Of a stretch of DNA of 64,000 nucleotides, positions 30,149 to 39,887 are shown in pieces. The DNA is from Paraburkholderia sp. GTDB lineage: Bacteria > Pseudomonadota > Gammaproteobacteria > Burkholderiales > Burkholderiaceae. Location: positions 4,395 to 68,394 of the forward strand of contig DATEJU010000128.1 of NCBI GenBank assembly GCA_035277805.1, given 5' to 3'. A program made the translations under genes and the position numbers. The notes under the pieces are model-generated. The model saw nothing but the letters and a program-made list of their open reading frames with translations, did no database searches and had not been told where the DNA came from. Position 1 is the stretch's first letter. Each line of letters starts with the position of its first letter.

Positions 30149-31798
30149 CTACACAGCCCGGCTCCTGAAAGACGGAGCCGCAACACCCTCGATCACGACG
30201 TTCACGCATGTCGGCAGCTTCGAACCGTGCGCCGCCTGTGCTCGCATGAGCGCGTCCGCCATGTCCCCGGCATGTTCGACAAAAGCGCCCCGTCCACCAA
30301 AAGCTTCGCTCACGCGATCGTAGCGTGTGGGCAGCAGCTCGCAGCCGATCAGCCGCTCGGGGCCATAACTTCGCAACTGGATCTGATACTCGGCGTTCCA
30401 GCGCGCATCGTTGCCGACGACGGCAACAAAGGGCAACCCGTACCGAACGGCGGTGTCCATTTCCGCCGCATGAAATCCGAACGTGCCGTCCCCCATCACG
30501 GCAACGACTGGCGCGTCAGGGTATGCAATGCGTGCGGCCAGCGCAAACGGCAGAGCGGCGCCAATCGCCCCGGCCACGCCATTAATGACGCGATTGGGCG
30601 CGCGCAGGCAAGCTTGTGCCCATTGCCCGAACTCGCCGCCATCGGAGATGAAAACGGCATCGGGATGGCTGTCCAGCAGCGTCTGAAACGGTGCGAGTGC
30701 CTGCACAGGATGAACACGCTTTTCATGCGACGATGACGCCGTGCTCCATTGTTCGGGCCGCCACGCGATCGCATCCCGCACATCTTGCGCCCATCGTTCA
30801 TCGCCCCTCGCGGTGTCGCCCAGAATTACAGCCAGCATTTCGAGCGCGGAAAAACTATCCGCGACAGCCGTCCCGATCAAACGCGGCCCCACGGCGCGAC
30901 GAGTGCGCGCAATTTCTTGAGGCTCCGGGTCGATCTGCAGAAACGTGCTGTTCGGCGAAAACGCAGGCGATCTCCCGAATCCCAGCGTGAAATCCATCCG
31001 CTTGCCTAGCAGCATCACGCGATCGGCCTGCGCGAGGACTTCGGCGAAAGCCCCCAGGCCAGGATCGTTGATTCCCCGCGGGCTCTCCATGCCAATGACC
31101 GGCACGCCATGTGCAGCCGCAAGCGTGTCGATCCGCTCGCGGCCGGCGCGCGTCATGCATGCCGGGCCGACCAGAATCAGCGGGCGCGATGCGCCGGCCA
31201 GGCTCGCGGCCAGGCGCTTCGCCGTTGCGGCGTCAAGCAGTTGCCTGATTGGCAAAAAGCTTTCGGCATTCACCTCTTCAGGCATGTGAGCGTCGCCTTC
31301 CAATACGTCGGTCGGGAGGCTCAAGTGAACCGGCCCGGGCCGTCCGGATCGCGCGACGCGCATCGCGTGGACCAGTTCATCGGCCAGCGTATGGGGATGC
31401 TGTGCTGTGGCCGCCATCTTGACCAATGGCGCAGCGACATCCGCCTGGCGCATTTCCTGGAAAGCGCCCATGCCCAACTGATCGTGCGGAGCATGTCCCG
31501 AAAGAAGCAGAACGGGGGATTCCGCCATTTGAGCGGTGTAGAGCGCCGAAACCGCGTTCGCATGACCGGGGCCGCCGGTCACCAGCGCCACGCCAACCTT
31601 GCCCGTCAAACGCGCGTAGGCGTCCGCCATGTGCACGGCCGCGGCCTCGTGGCGCGTGTGGAACAGCTCGATGCCGGCGCCGATGCACGCGTCGAACACC
31701 GGCATGATGTGGTTGCCCGACAAGGTGAAGATGTGCTTCACCCCTGCCTTCGCCAACGCTTTGACCAACGCGTCAGCGCCGCGGCATGCAATCGACAT
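30149..31798 (-). CDS. Thiamine diphosphate-dependent enzyme (acetolactate synthase/lyase-like superfamily)
   Basis: TRHEAAA, VTGGPG, GAFQE, GRPGPV, GDGTFGF...NDARWN; GGAG RBS. Confidence 0.92.
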   Translation of the reverse strand: MSIACRGADALVKALAKAGVKHIFTLSGNHIMPVFDACIGAGIELFHTRHEAAAVHMADAYARLTGKVGVALVTGGPGHANAVSALYTAQMAESPVLLLSGHAPHDQLGMGAFQEMRQADVAAPLVKMAATAQHPHTLADELVHAMRVARSGRPGPVHLSLPTDVLEGDAHMPEEVNAESFLPIRQLLDAATAKRLAASLAGASRPLILVGPACMTRAGRERIDTLAAAHGVPVIGMESPRGINDPGLGAFAEVLAQADRVMLLGKRMDFTLGFGRSPAFSPNSTFLQIDPEPQEIARTRRAVGPRLIGTAVADSFSALEMLAVILGDTARGDERWAQDVRDAIAWRPEQWSTASSSHEKRVHPVQALAPFQTLLDSHPDAVFISDGGEFGQWAQACLRAPNRVINGVAGAIGAALPFALAARIAYPDAPVVAVMGDGTFGFHAAEMDTAVRYGLPFVAVVGNDARWNAEYQIQLRSYGPERLIGCELLPTRYDRVSEAFGGRGAFVEHAGDMADALMRAQAAHGSKLPTCVNVVIEGVAAPSFRSRAV

Positions 31799-31994
31799 TG
31801 CAATATCTCCTGTTCAAGACGTTTTAATTCCCGCATTTCATGGGTGTCGAATGGATTATTCGCGTCATCGCCCACTGCGGAAAGTCAGTAATTCTTGAAG
31901 TGAACGAAAGAATCTCTTCGTCTCGCGCTCGACAGCGCGCTCACACCCATGTTTTCCCTGATGGCAATCCGAAGGCTAACACACTACATTGCCG

Positions 31995-32016
31995 CTCATA
32001 CATATGAGTTGTATGA
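31995..32016. promoter_or_regulatory. Nested palindromic operator between the ThDP gene and tctB
   Basis: CTCATA-CA-TATGAG overlapping TCATACA-N7-TGTATGA. Confidence 0.5.
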
Positions 32017-32204
32017 CTGTATCGGGCAGGCAACGCCTTTTTAGCGCCGGTGTGCCGGCGCCCGTGACCCATGAAATTCGATTCGTAGTGCTATTTTTCG
32101 CCCAGCCGCACGTGGGCCGGGCAACGTTGCCGGGACTCGTTCTCCGGCCTTCACGCGCCGGGCAGCGCTGCGGATGCCAATCGCTCAGGCGGCGGAGGTG
32201 CGCA

Positions 32205-32678
32205 TTGAACCGCAGACTTTCTTTCAGCAAGGATTACTACGCCGGCGCGCTGATGGTCGTGATCGGCGCGAGCGCCGCGTACGCCGGCATGTCCTATGAC
32301 GTTGGAACGCTGACGAGCATGGGTGCGGGCTTCTTCCCCGTAGCCGTGGGCACGCTTCTAGCTATTGTCGGCATTCTGATTGCCGCGATGGCCAAGGATC
32401 TGCCCAAAGCTGCCCAGAACACGGCGGACCCCCATGCGCGATTGCCGGACCTGCGTGGCGCTGTGTGCATTATCGCGGGCACGCTGGCTTTCATCTTGCT
32501 CGGCAAGTACGGCGGCCTGCTTCCCGCCACCTTCGCGATCGTATTCATTTCCGCACTTGGAGACCGAACCAATACGCTGCTTCGCGCAGCCGCGTTGTCG
32601 ATCGTCATGTGCGCGATCGCCCTCGTTGTCTTCTCATGGGCGCTAAAACTTCAATTGGCGCCGTTTGCCTGGGGATAG
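32205..32678 (+). CDS. Tripartite tricarboxylate transporter small permease TctB
   Basis: TTG start after GGAGG; GTLTSMGAGFFP; about 4 TM segments. Confidence 0.85.
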   Translation: MNRRLSFSKDYYAGALMVVIGASAAYAGMSYDVGTLTSMGAGFFPVAVGTLLAIVGILIAAMAKDLPKAAQNTADPHARLPDLRGAVCIIAGTLAFILLGKYGGLLPATFAIVFISALGDRTNTLLRAAALSIVMCAIALVVFSWALKLQLAPFAWG

Positions 32679-32686
32679 TGAGCAAC

Positions 32687-34246
32687 ATGATCGAACAATC
32701 CTTGCACGACCTCTTTTACGGCTTCTCGGTTGCGCTTCAGGGCACCAACTTGATGTGGTCGTTCTTCGGCGTCCTTGTGGGCAACATGGTGGGCGTGTTG
32801 CCGGGCATGGGGGCGCTTTCGGCGATCTCCATCCTGCTGCCGCTTACCTATGTCATGCATCCTGTCCCGGCGATATTGATGCTCGCCGGTATTTTTTACG
32901 GATCGCAATACGGCGGCGCGATCGGCGCCATTCTGCTCAATCTTCCGTCTCACCCTCCGCATGCGATTACCTGCCTCGACGGGTATCCCATGGCGAAGGC
33001 AGGCAGGGGCGGCGCGGCACTCGGCATCACAATGCTGAGCTCATTCTTTGCGGCGTCGACCGGCATCATCCTGATGATTTTCGCTTCTCCATTGCTCACC
33101 GCAATGGCATTCAAGTTCGGTCCCGCGGAAATCTTCTCGGTCATGTTGCTGGGGCTTCTCGCGGGCTCGACGATGTCGAGAGGCTCGGCGCTCAAAGGCA
33201 TCGCCATGACGCTTTTCGGCTTGCTTTGCGGAATGGTCGGCACCGATGTCAATACGGGCACCTTCCGCTTCACGTTCGGCCTGACCGACATGAACGATGG
33301 ACTCGAACTGGTCGCCATCGCCATGGGGCTGTTTGGGGTGGCCGATTTCCTCTGCAACGTCAACAGAATGCAGGTATCCAGCAAGTCGCTTAGCGTGCGC
33401 TTCAAGGACATGCGCCCGACGCGCGAGGAACTCAAAGCCACCTTCTGGCCAATGACACGAGGGACGGCCGTGGGCGCGCTGTTCGGGGCCATGCCGGGAA
33501 CCGGACCGACGATCACCACGTTCGTCGCGTATGCGCTCGAGCGCAAGCTCTCGAAGCATCCCCAGGCGTTCGGCACCGGCGTCATTGCCGGCGTCGCGGC
33601 GCCCGAAGCGTCGTCACACTCGAAAACCCAGGTCGACTTCATCCCGACGATGAGCCTCGGCATCCCGGGCGATCCGGTCATGGCGTTGATTCTGGGCGCG
33701 CTCATTATCCAGGGCATTACGCCCGGCCCCCAACTGATCTCCGACCACCCCGACATCTTCTGGGGCCTCATTGCGAGTTTCTGGATCGGGAATATTCTTC
33801 TCGTTCTGCTGAATGTGCCTATGATAGGTGTGTGGGTCAAATTGCTCAGGCTGCCCTATCGCTACCTCTTTCCGTCCGCAATGTTCTTTATTGCCGTTGG
33901 CGTGTTCAGCACGCAAAACAGCCTGTTCGAGGTGTGGCAAGTTCTGGCGTTCGGCCTGATCGGCACCGTCTTTAATTACTTTGGTTTCTCGGTTGCGCCT
34001 ATCCTGCTTGGTTTCGTCCTTGGGCCGATGATCGAAGAGAACTTTCGCCGCGCATTGCTCATTTCGCACGGGAATATGTCCATTTTTGTCGATCGGCCCA
34101 TCAGCTGCGGCTTCCTCATCGCATCGCTGCTGCTTGTCGTGATGGTCACGCTATCCGCACAACGAAACCGCCGCCGCGCGAACAAAACGCAACGCGTGCT
34201 TTCGGGCGGATCGCGAGCCGAAATGCCGCGGGCAAGCAGCGATTGA
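32687..34246 (+). CDS. Tripartite tricarboxylate transporter large permease TctA
   Basis: GVLPGMG, YGSQYGG, DGYPMA, GVAAPEA, SLGIPG, PILLGFVLGP. Confidence 0.93.
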   Translation: MIEQSLHDLFYGFSVALQGTNLMWSFFGVLVGNMVGVLPGMGALSAISILLPLTYVMHPVPAILMLAGIFYGSQYGGAIGAILLNLPSHPPHAITCLDGYPMAKAGRGGAALGITMLSSFFAASTGIILMIFASPLLTAMAFKFGPAEIFSVMLLGLLAGSTMSRGSALKGIAMTLFGLLCGMVGTDVNTGTFRFTFGLTDMNDGLELVAIAMGLFGVADFLCNVNRMQVSSKSLSVRFKDMRPTREELKATFWPMTRGTAVGALFGAMPGTGPTITTFVAYALERKLSKHPQAFGTGVIAGVAAPEASSHSKTQVDFIPTMSLGIPGDPVMALILGALIIQGITPGPQLISDHPDIFWGLIASFWIGNILLVLLNVPMIGVWVKLLRLPYRYLFPSAMFFIAVGVFSTQNSLFEVWQVLAFGLIGTVFNYFGFSVAPILLGFVLGPMIEENFRRALLISHGNMSIFVDRPISCGFLIASLLLVVMVTLSAQRNRRRANKTQRVLSGGSRAEMPRASSD

Positions 34247-34312
34247 TCGGTATTGGCAGGCGTCCCGTCCGGCTATCATTTGCGCGGGCGGGATACGCGA
34301 AATCCTCGATAC

Positions 34313-34340
34313 GGCGCGCGAGCGGCGATGCTCGCGCGCC
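34313..34340. terminator. GC-rich hairpin downstream of tctA
   Basis: Perfect 11-bp stem GGCGCGCGAGC/GCTCGCGCGCC with 6-nt loop; no clear U-tract. Confidence 0.4.
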
Positions 34341-34678
34341 TCGATGCATCCGACGCAAAGCCGTCCACCAATCTGTTGCATGCGGGCCATAGCGCCGGCC
34401 GCGTTTGTGACCTGTTCGTCGTAACGCCAGTACAATACGGGTTCCTGCTTAATCGATAACCCGACTGTCTGTGAATACCCCCTCTTCCCCCGCCCGCAAT
34501 TCCTCCGATACCTTCCAGCGCATGCAACGCCAGATCGCTGCCGCAGCACGATGGATGCTCGAGCTGCATGACGACATCAGCGATCTCAACAAGGTTGTGA
34601 AGCGTCGCTCGATCGCGTGCTGACTTTGGCAAGGCCGCCGCGCTCGCGATGCGGCGGTGAAGATCGGCCGGCAAAATG

Positions 34679-34710
34679 AAAAGCCCGCGGGATATGGCAT
34701 CCGGCGGGCT
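34679..34710 (-). terminator. Rho-independent terminator downstream of tctC
   Basis: AGCCCGC..GGAT/ATCC..GCGGGCT stem followed by a short T-run on the minus strand. Confidence 0.55.
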
Positions 34711-34804
34711 AAATAGAACAAAAAAGAACGAAAATCGAAGGATCAGATCAGGCCATCATGTTCTTCACATCAGCCGTGTAGCTCGCCTTGACCGTCGCCG
34801 CATT

Positions 34805-35800
34805 TCAATTTGCACTGATATGGCTCGTGCTGACGACCTTTTGCCATTTCACCGATTCCGTGGCGATCCTGCTTTGGAGTTGCTGAGGCGTGTCGCCCAC
34901 CGGGTCCATGCCGAGCACGGCCAGGTGTTGGCGAGTGTCAGGCTGGGAGAGCACCTTCACGGTGTCTTGCTGAATCTTGTTGATGACGCTCGCCGGCGTG
35001 CCGGCAGGCGCCACGAGTGCGAACCAGCCCGTCACATTGAAACCGGGCAGCCCGGCTTCGCTCACGGTGGGAATATTGGGCCACGCGCCTGAACGATGGT
35101 CGCCGGTCACGGCGAGCACCTTTATCGTCTTGCCCTTCATGAACGGCATTGCCGCGGCGATGTTGGGCAACACGACCTGCACGCGGTCCGCCATCAGATC
35201 GTTCAGCGCGAGCACTTCGCCCTTGTACGGCACGTGAACCATGGGAATGCTCGCCGCTCCCGCAAAGGCTTCGTCGGCCATGTGGACCTGACTCCCGATG
35301 CCGGCCGAACCAAAGTTAAGCTTGGGATGCTGCGTTTTACCGTACGCAATCAGCTCCTTTACGTTCGAAACAGGCAGCGAGGGCGCAACGGCCACGACCA
35401 TCGGATTACTCGCGACCGTTGTGATATAGCTGAAGTCCTTGCCCGTGTATGGGAGCTTTTTGTAGATGTACTGATTGACGGTAAACATGCTCCCCGAAGC
35501 CAGCATCAGCGTGTAACCGTCAGGCGGAGACTTGGCCTCGACCTCAGCGGCGATCATGCCGCCCGCGCCGGGACGATTGTCGATCACCACGGACTGCTTC
35601 CATAGCGTTCCCAATCCCTGGCCGATCGTACGGGCCAGCACGTCGGTTGAACCACCCGCCGAAAAGGGAACAATGATCCGCACCGGCTGGGAAGGCCACG
35701 CGTCTTCTGCATGCGCGATCGACTGCGCTTGCGGTACGACGGAAAGTGCGGCAGCAAGCGCGAGAGCGCGCCTGAGCGTGCGAACGAAATTGGAGGGCAT
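34805..35800 (-). CDS. Bug/TctC periplasmic binding protein
   Basis: WPSQPVRIIVPFSAGGSTD, NRPGAGG, HVPYKG, PTVSEAG. Confidence 0.93.
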   Translation of the reverse strand: MPSNFVRTLRRALALAAALSVVPQAQSIAHAEDAWPSQPVRIIVPFSAGGSTDVLARTIGQGLGTLWKQSVVIDNRPGAGGMIAAEVEAKSPPDGYTLMLASGSMFTVNQYIYKKLPYTGKDFSYITTVASNPMVVAVAPSLPVSNVKELIAYGKTQHPKLNFGSAGIGSQVHMADEAFAGAASIPMVHVPYKGEVLALNDLMADRVQVVLPNIAAAMPFMKGKTIKVLAVTGDHRSGAWPNIPTVSEAGLPGFNVTGWFALVAPAGTPASVINKIQQDTVKVLSQPDTRQHLAVLGMDPVGDTPQQLQSRIATESVKWQKVVSTSHISAN

Positions 35801-35897
35801 GCGTTGTCTCCGTTTGAAATAATAGGGATCGGCACTGGCCTGGTTCAAGCTGGACAGCAAGGCGGTTTTCGGCAATGCGCGCGCAAGGCGGCGCGCC

Positions 35898-37628
35898 TCA
35901 TTCCGCCATCTGCTCGCAAAGAATCGTCTCTCCCGGCCGTACCCGGCTAAAGGTTACTGGCTCCTGTTTGATCTCGACCTCTCCTTCACGTTTTTGAATC
36001 GTTGTGTAAGCGGACCTCTCCAGATCGCCGGCATCCGGAAAATCTTCACGGAAATGGGCGCCCCGCGAATTCTCGCGGGATATGGCCGCCTCGGTAATGA
36101 TCTGGCTAACCGAAATCAGGTTCTTCAGGTTCAGCCAGTCGTGCCACTGTGCGTTGAATGCGCGCTCGCCATCCACGACGCCAGTCAACATCAAACGCTC
36201 ATGGAGCTCGCCCAGGACGTCCCGCGCCCGCAGGAGTCCATCGCGATCGCGAATGATGCCGACATGCGTCCACATGCATTCGTAGAGCGACTCGCGAATG
36301 CCCTCGAGGTCTTTGCCGTGTTTGGAAAAGGGGGCTTCGGCTTCCTTGATTGCGCCGTCGATGGCGAACGAATCGGGTTCCCGATACTGACCTTGCGCTT
36401 TCACCCATTTCGCCATGTTGTCGCCGGCAATTCCGCCGAATACCGTGGAATTCGCCACACCGTTGCCGCCCAGCCGATTCGCGCCGTGCACGCCACCCGT
36501 ATCCTCCCCGGCGGCGAAGAGGCCATTCAGTTCGGTGCTGCAGTCGGTGTGGAACGTGACGCCGCCCATCATGTAGTGCGCGGTTGGCACCACTTCGACG
36601 AGCCCGCCCGCGAGATCGAACCCGCAGTCCGCGCAACGCTCCACCATGCCCTTGAACTGCTTTCGGACCTTGTCGGGGCCAAGGTGGCCCATCTGGATGT
36701 AGACCCCGCCATTGGGGGAGGTTCGCCCCGCGCGCATTTCGGAATAGATGCCGCGCGAAACAATATCGCGCGTTGCACGTTCGCCGCGCTTGTCATAGGT
36801 ATCCATGAAGCGCGCTTTCGAGCCGTTCAACAGTTGCCCGCCCGCGCCACGCAGTCCCTCTTCAAGGACGGTCCCGGTCATGCGGGTGTGACTGCCGGCG
36901 AGCAAACCCGTAGGGTGAAACTGCACCATTTCCATATCGCGGAGCGTGAGACCCGCGCGCAGCGCCATCGCGAGTCCATCGCAGCTCTTGTCTCCCGATG
37001 GCGTATGGAACTTGTACATCGTCGGACCGCCGCCCGTGGCGAGCAATACCGCCCTCGCCTGCACGAATACAAACTTGCCCGTGCGCATGTCGATCATCAA
37101 CACGCCCGCGATATGCTTGCCGTCGACGGTTCTGATCAGCTCGATGGCCCGGTGCTCCTCAAGACGATGGATTCCGCGGCTCCACACCTGCTCGGCCAGC
37201 CGGTTGATGATCTCGATTCCGGTCAGGTCGCCCTTGTGGACTGTCCTGTCGAACGTCTGGCCCGCAAACGCCTTTTGATGAATCGAGCCGTCGGGGTTTC
37301 GGTCGAAAAAGCAGCCAAGCTCGTTTTCGAGTTCGCGCACGCGCTCGACCGCCGTACTCACCAGCGCCCAGGCGAGGTCCTGGTTGGACAGCCATTTGCT
37401 CCCTTCGATCGTGTCCATGAAGTGACGCTCGACCGAATCGCCCGGAGCCAGCGCGACGTTATAGCCGCCCTGCACCATGCGAGTGCAGCCGCACTTCCCG
37501 AGCAGCCCTTTCACTGCAACGGTGATCGAGAGATCCGGTGCCTGCTTGTGCGCATGAAGCGCGGCAAAGAGACCGGCGCCGCCCGATCCCAGAATCAGGA
37601 TATCCGTCTTGATGCGCTCGATATTCAT
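35898..37628 (-). CDS. Succinate dehydrogenase/fumarate reductase-like flavoprotein (non-canonical)
   Basis: GSGGAG, ATGG, QFHPT, RDIVSR, HYMMGG, HGANRLGGN, ENSRGAH; FAD-linking His replaced (GCTRMVQGG). Confidence 0.9.
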   Translation of the reverse strand: MNIERIKTDILILGSGGAGLFAALHAHKQAPDLSITVAVKGLLGKCGCTRMVQGGYNVALAPGDSVERHFMDTIEGSKWLSNQDLAWALVSTAVERVRELENELGCFFDRNPDGSIHQKAFAGQTFDRTVHKGDLTGIEIINRLAEQVWSRGIHRLEEHRAIELIRTVDGKHIAGVLMIDMRTGKFVFVQARAVLLATGGGPTMYKFHTPSGDKSCDGLAMALRAGLTLRDMEMVQFHPTGLLAGSHTRMTGTVLEEGLRGAGGQLLNGSKARFMDTYDKRGERATRDIVSRGIYSEMRAGRTSPNGGVYIQMGHLGPDKVRKQFKGMVERCADCGFDLAGGLVEVVPTAHYMMGGVTFHTDCSTELNGLFAAGEDTGGVHGANRLGGNGVANSTVFGGIAGDNMAKWVKAQGQYREPDSFAIDGAIKEAEAPFSKHGKDLEGIRESLYECMWTHVGIIRDRDGLLRARDVLGELHERLMLTGVVDGERAFNAQWHDWLNLKNLISVSQIITEAAISRENSRGAHFREDFPDAGDLERSAYTTIQKREGEVEIKQEPVTFSRVRPGETILCEQMAE

Positions 37629-38239
37629 TTGATCGGTACTCCAAGGCTTTCGAGCACCTCGGCTCGCCGCGCGGCGGTGTCGCCCCTGACTTCGTCGTAC
37701 AGGCTGCCGCCGTGACTGTCCATGGCCACGAGCAGCGGACCGAAGGCCTTGATCCTGAATTTCCAGAGCGACTCCGGATTGAGATCGTCGAGATCGACGG
37801 CTTCGATCTTCTCGATCCACGTCGTTTCGAGCGCCGCGGTTCCGCCGATGATCGCCAGGTAGACGCCGCCCAGATCCTGAAACGCCAACTTCGATCCTTC
37901 GCGCAAGCCGCCTTTTCCCACGATCATGCGCACGCCATACTGCTCCATCAGCGGGCGCGTGAAGCGCTCCATGCGGTCCGACGTGGTCGTGCCGATGCAG
38001 ACCGGTTGATATCCCGCCGGGAATTCGTTGCTTGGCGCTACCTTGCGCACGTTAGGCGCGGTATGAATGACCGCGTGCCCCCGAAGGTCGAATTCCGTCG
38101 TGCGGCCCTTGTCGAATAAATGAATTTGCGTCGCATCGCGGATACCGAAAAGCGTTTGATGCAATGTCACCGTATCGTTCACGCGCAGCTTGCGGATCTG
38201 CGACTCGTCGACAGGCGTATGAAGGTCGTAGTGCGCCAT
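37625..38239 (-). CDS. Fe-S hydro-lyase (class I fumarase/tartrate dehydratase) beta subunit
   Basis: RDATQ, GTTTSDRM, IVGKGG, FGPLLVAMDSHG. Confidence 0.9.
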   Translation of the reverse strand: MAHYDLHTPVDESQIRKLRVNDTVTLHQTLFGIRDATQIHLFDKGRTTEFDLRGHAVIHTAPNVRKVAPSNEFPAGYQPVCIGTTTSDRMERFTRPLMEQYGVRMIVGKGGLREGSKLAFQDLGGVYLAIIGGTAALETTWIEKIEAVDLDDLNPESLWKFRIKAFGPLLVAMDSHGGSLYDEVRGDTAARRAEVLESLGVPIK

Positions 38240-38240
38240 T

Positions 38241-39116
38241 TCAGAATCCGTAAGTGAGACCGTCTGTGGTAAGCCGCGCCTTCGCGCGCCGTGCGGAATG
38301 ACATTGCATGTTTACCGCAATGGGATTCATGGTGATGTGCGTCGATGCCAGTTCGATATGCACCGCAAACGCGGTACTGTCGCCCCCCAGACCCTGCGGG
38401 CCGACGCCGAGGCGGTTCACCGCCGCCGTCAGTTCGCGTTCGAGGGCCGCGCCCTCGGGGTCTGCGCAAGTGGTGCCAAGCGCGCGCGTCGCGGCGCGCT
38501 TGGCCAGCGCAATGGCTAAATCGGACGTGCCGCCAAGGCCAACGCCCACGATAGTCGGCGGACACGTCTTGCCGCCGGCGGCGATCACACAGTCGACGAC
38601 AAACATCTTGATCGCATCGATACCCTCGGCCGGCACGGCCATCTTCAGGAACGAGTTGTTTTCCGAGCCGCTGCCTTTCGGCACCATCTCGATGGTCGCG
38701 GTCTCGTTCTCGTTCGTGAAGTCAACGTGAATGACGGGAACCTCGATGCCGCACGAGGTGTGATTGTTCTTGCGGGTAAGCGGATGAACGACCGACGAAC
38801 GCAACGGATGCTCTCTCGTCGCGCGCTCGCACCCTTTGCGGATGGCCGCCTTCAATTCGAAGCCGTCGAACTCGACATGGCGGCCAAGCGCAACGTTGTA
38901 AATGGGGATGCCCGTATCCTGGCAAAGCAGGTTTTCCGTATTCTCGGCCACACGGATATTGGTCCGCATCGTCTCGAGAACCCGCTGCGCAACCGGCGAC
39001 GTTTCGCCAGCGGAAAGTCTTTCAATGCCATCTTTCACGTCGGGCGGGAGCAACTTGAGGGCGCGGATATACAACTCTTTCGAGGCTTCCTCGACGACAT
39101 CAAGGTCAAGTTTCAT
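38241..39116 (-). CDS. Fe-S hydro-lyase (class I fumarase/tartrate dehydratase) alpha subunit
   Basis: CQDTG, KGSGSEN, CPPTIVGVGLGG, GVGPQGLGG, QCHSAR. Confidence 0.92.
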   Translation of the reverse strand: MKLDLDVVEEASKELYIRALKLLPPDVKDGIERLSAGETSPVAQRVLETMRTNIRVAENTENLLCQDTGIPIYNVALGRHVEFDGFELKAAIRKGCERATREHPLRSSVVHPLTRKNNHTSCGIEVPVIHVDFTNENETATIEMVPKGSGSENNSFLKMAVPAEGIDAIKMFVVDCVIAAGGKTCPPTIVGVGLGGTSDLAIALAKRAATRALGTTCADPEGAALERELTAAVNRLGVGPQGLGGDSTAFAVHIELASTHITMNPIAVNMQCHSARRAKARLTTDGLTYGF

Positions 39117-39186
39117 GGCCGTCTCTTCTGGATTGGTCAAACAGATTGTGGGGTTTTCGCGCAGCGTGGACTTTCGGGCTACCGCG

Positions 39187-39540
39187 CTAATGAACGAGCG
39201 CAAGCAGGAATGCGAGGCCTGTACAGGTGCTTGCCCCCAAACCGAAGGCGAGCCAGTTCTTCCTCAAGCCCGTCCACGGCAGGAATTCGATCAGCAAGAG
39301 ACGAATACCCCCCATCATGTGCAGCGAAAGCAGAACCACGAGTCCCCATTCGCCAAACTTGAAAAGCGGCTGGTCGGTCAAACGAAGAAAACGCTCGAGA
39401 GAAGCCTCGCCCGTAATGGCATGGCCGAGCGCCCAGAAGTGAACCGGCAGGAACAAGGCCAGCGCCAGACCAGAAAGACGGTGCACCAGAAAGGCCCACC
39501 AGGCAGGATGCGTGCGGGCGCGATAGTCGTTCTTTCGCAT
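39187..39540 (-). CDS. SdhC-like cytochrome b556 membrane anchor
   Basis: HRLSGLALALFLPVH, LHMMGGIR; 3 TM segments. Confidence 0.85.
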   Translation of the reverse strand: MRKNDYRARTHPAWWAFLVHRLSGLALALFLPVHFWALGHAITGEASLERFLRLTDQPLFKFGEWGLVVLLSLHMMGGIRLLLIEFLPWTGLRKNWLAFGLGASTCTGLAFLLALVH

Positions 39541-39887
39541 CACGATACGACTCCATAAACGGCACGCAGCCCCATTAGCGCGAGGCCGGCGGAAAAGACC
39601 AGGCAAACGACCTGCGCGGACCTTCCGCGCCAGTGCAACCACTCCTGCGCGACTCTGAGCAAACCGACAGGCACGTGGATCGCGCAAGCCATTACGAATA
39701 CGGTATAGAAGGCGCCAAACAGCAGATTGCCGCGCGTGCGGCCGAGAATGGCCGAGGCGCTCAAGCCGCTATGGACGGCGTAGATGATGACGGCGAGATG
39801 AACGAACACGCACAGCGCGAGCACAGTCGCACTCATGCGCTGCCAGTACCACAGACGAGCCTGGGTGCGAAGAGACATGGCTTGCAT
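39540..39887 (-). CDS. SdhD-like membrane anchor
   Basis: WQRMSA...VHL, AIHVPVGL; 3 TM segments; 1-nt overlaps with both neighbours. Confidence 0.85.
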   Translation of the reverse strand: MQAMSLRTQARLWYWQRMSATVLALCVFVHLAVIIYAVHSGLSASAILGRTRGNLLFGAFYTVFVMACAIHVPVGLLRVAQEWLHWRGRSAQVVCLVFSAGLALMGLRAVYGVVS

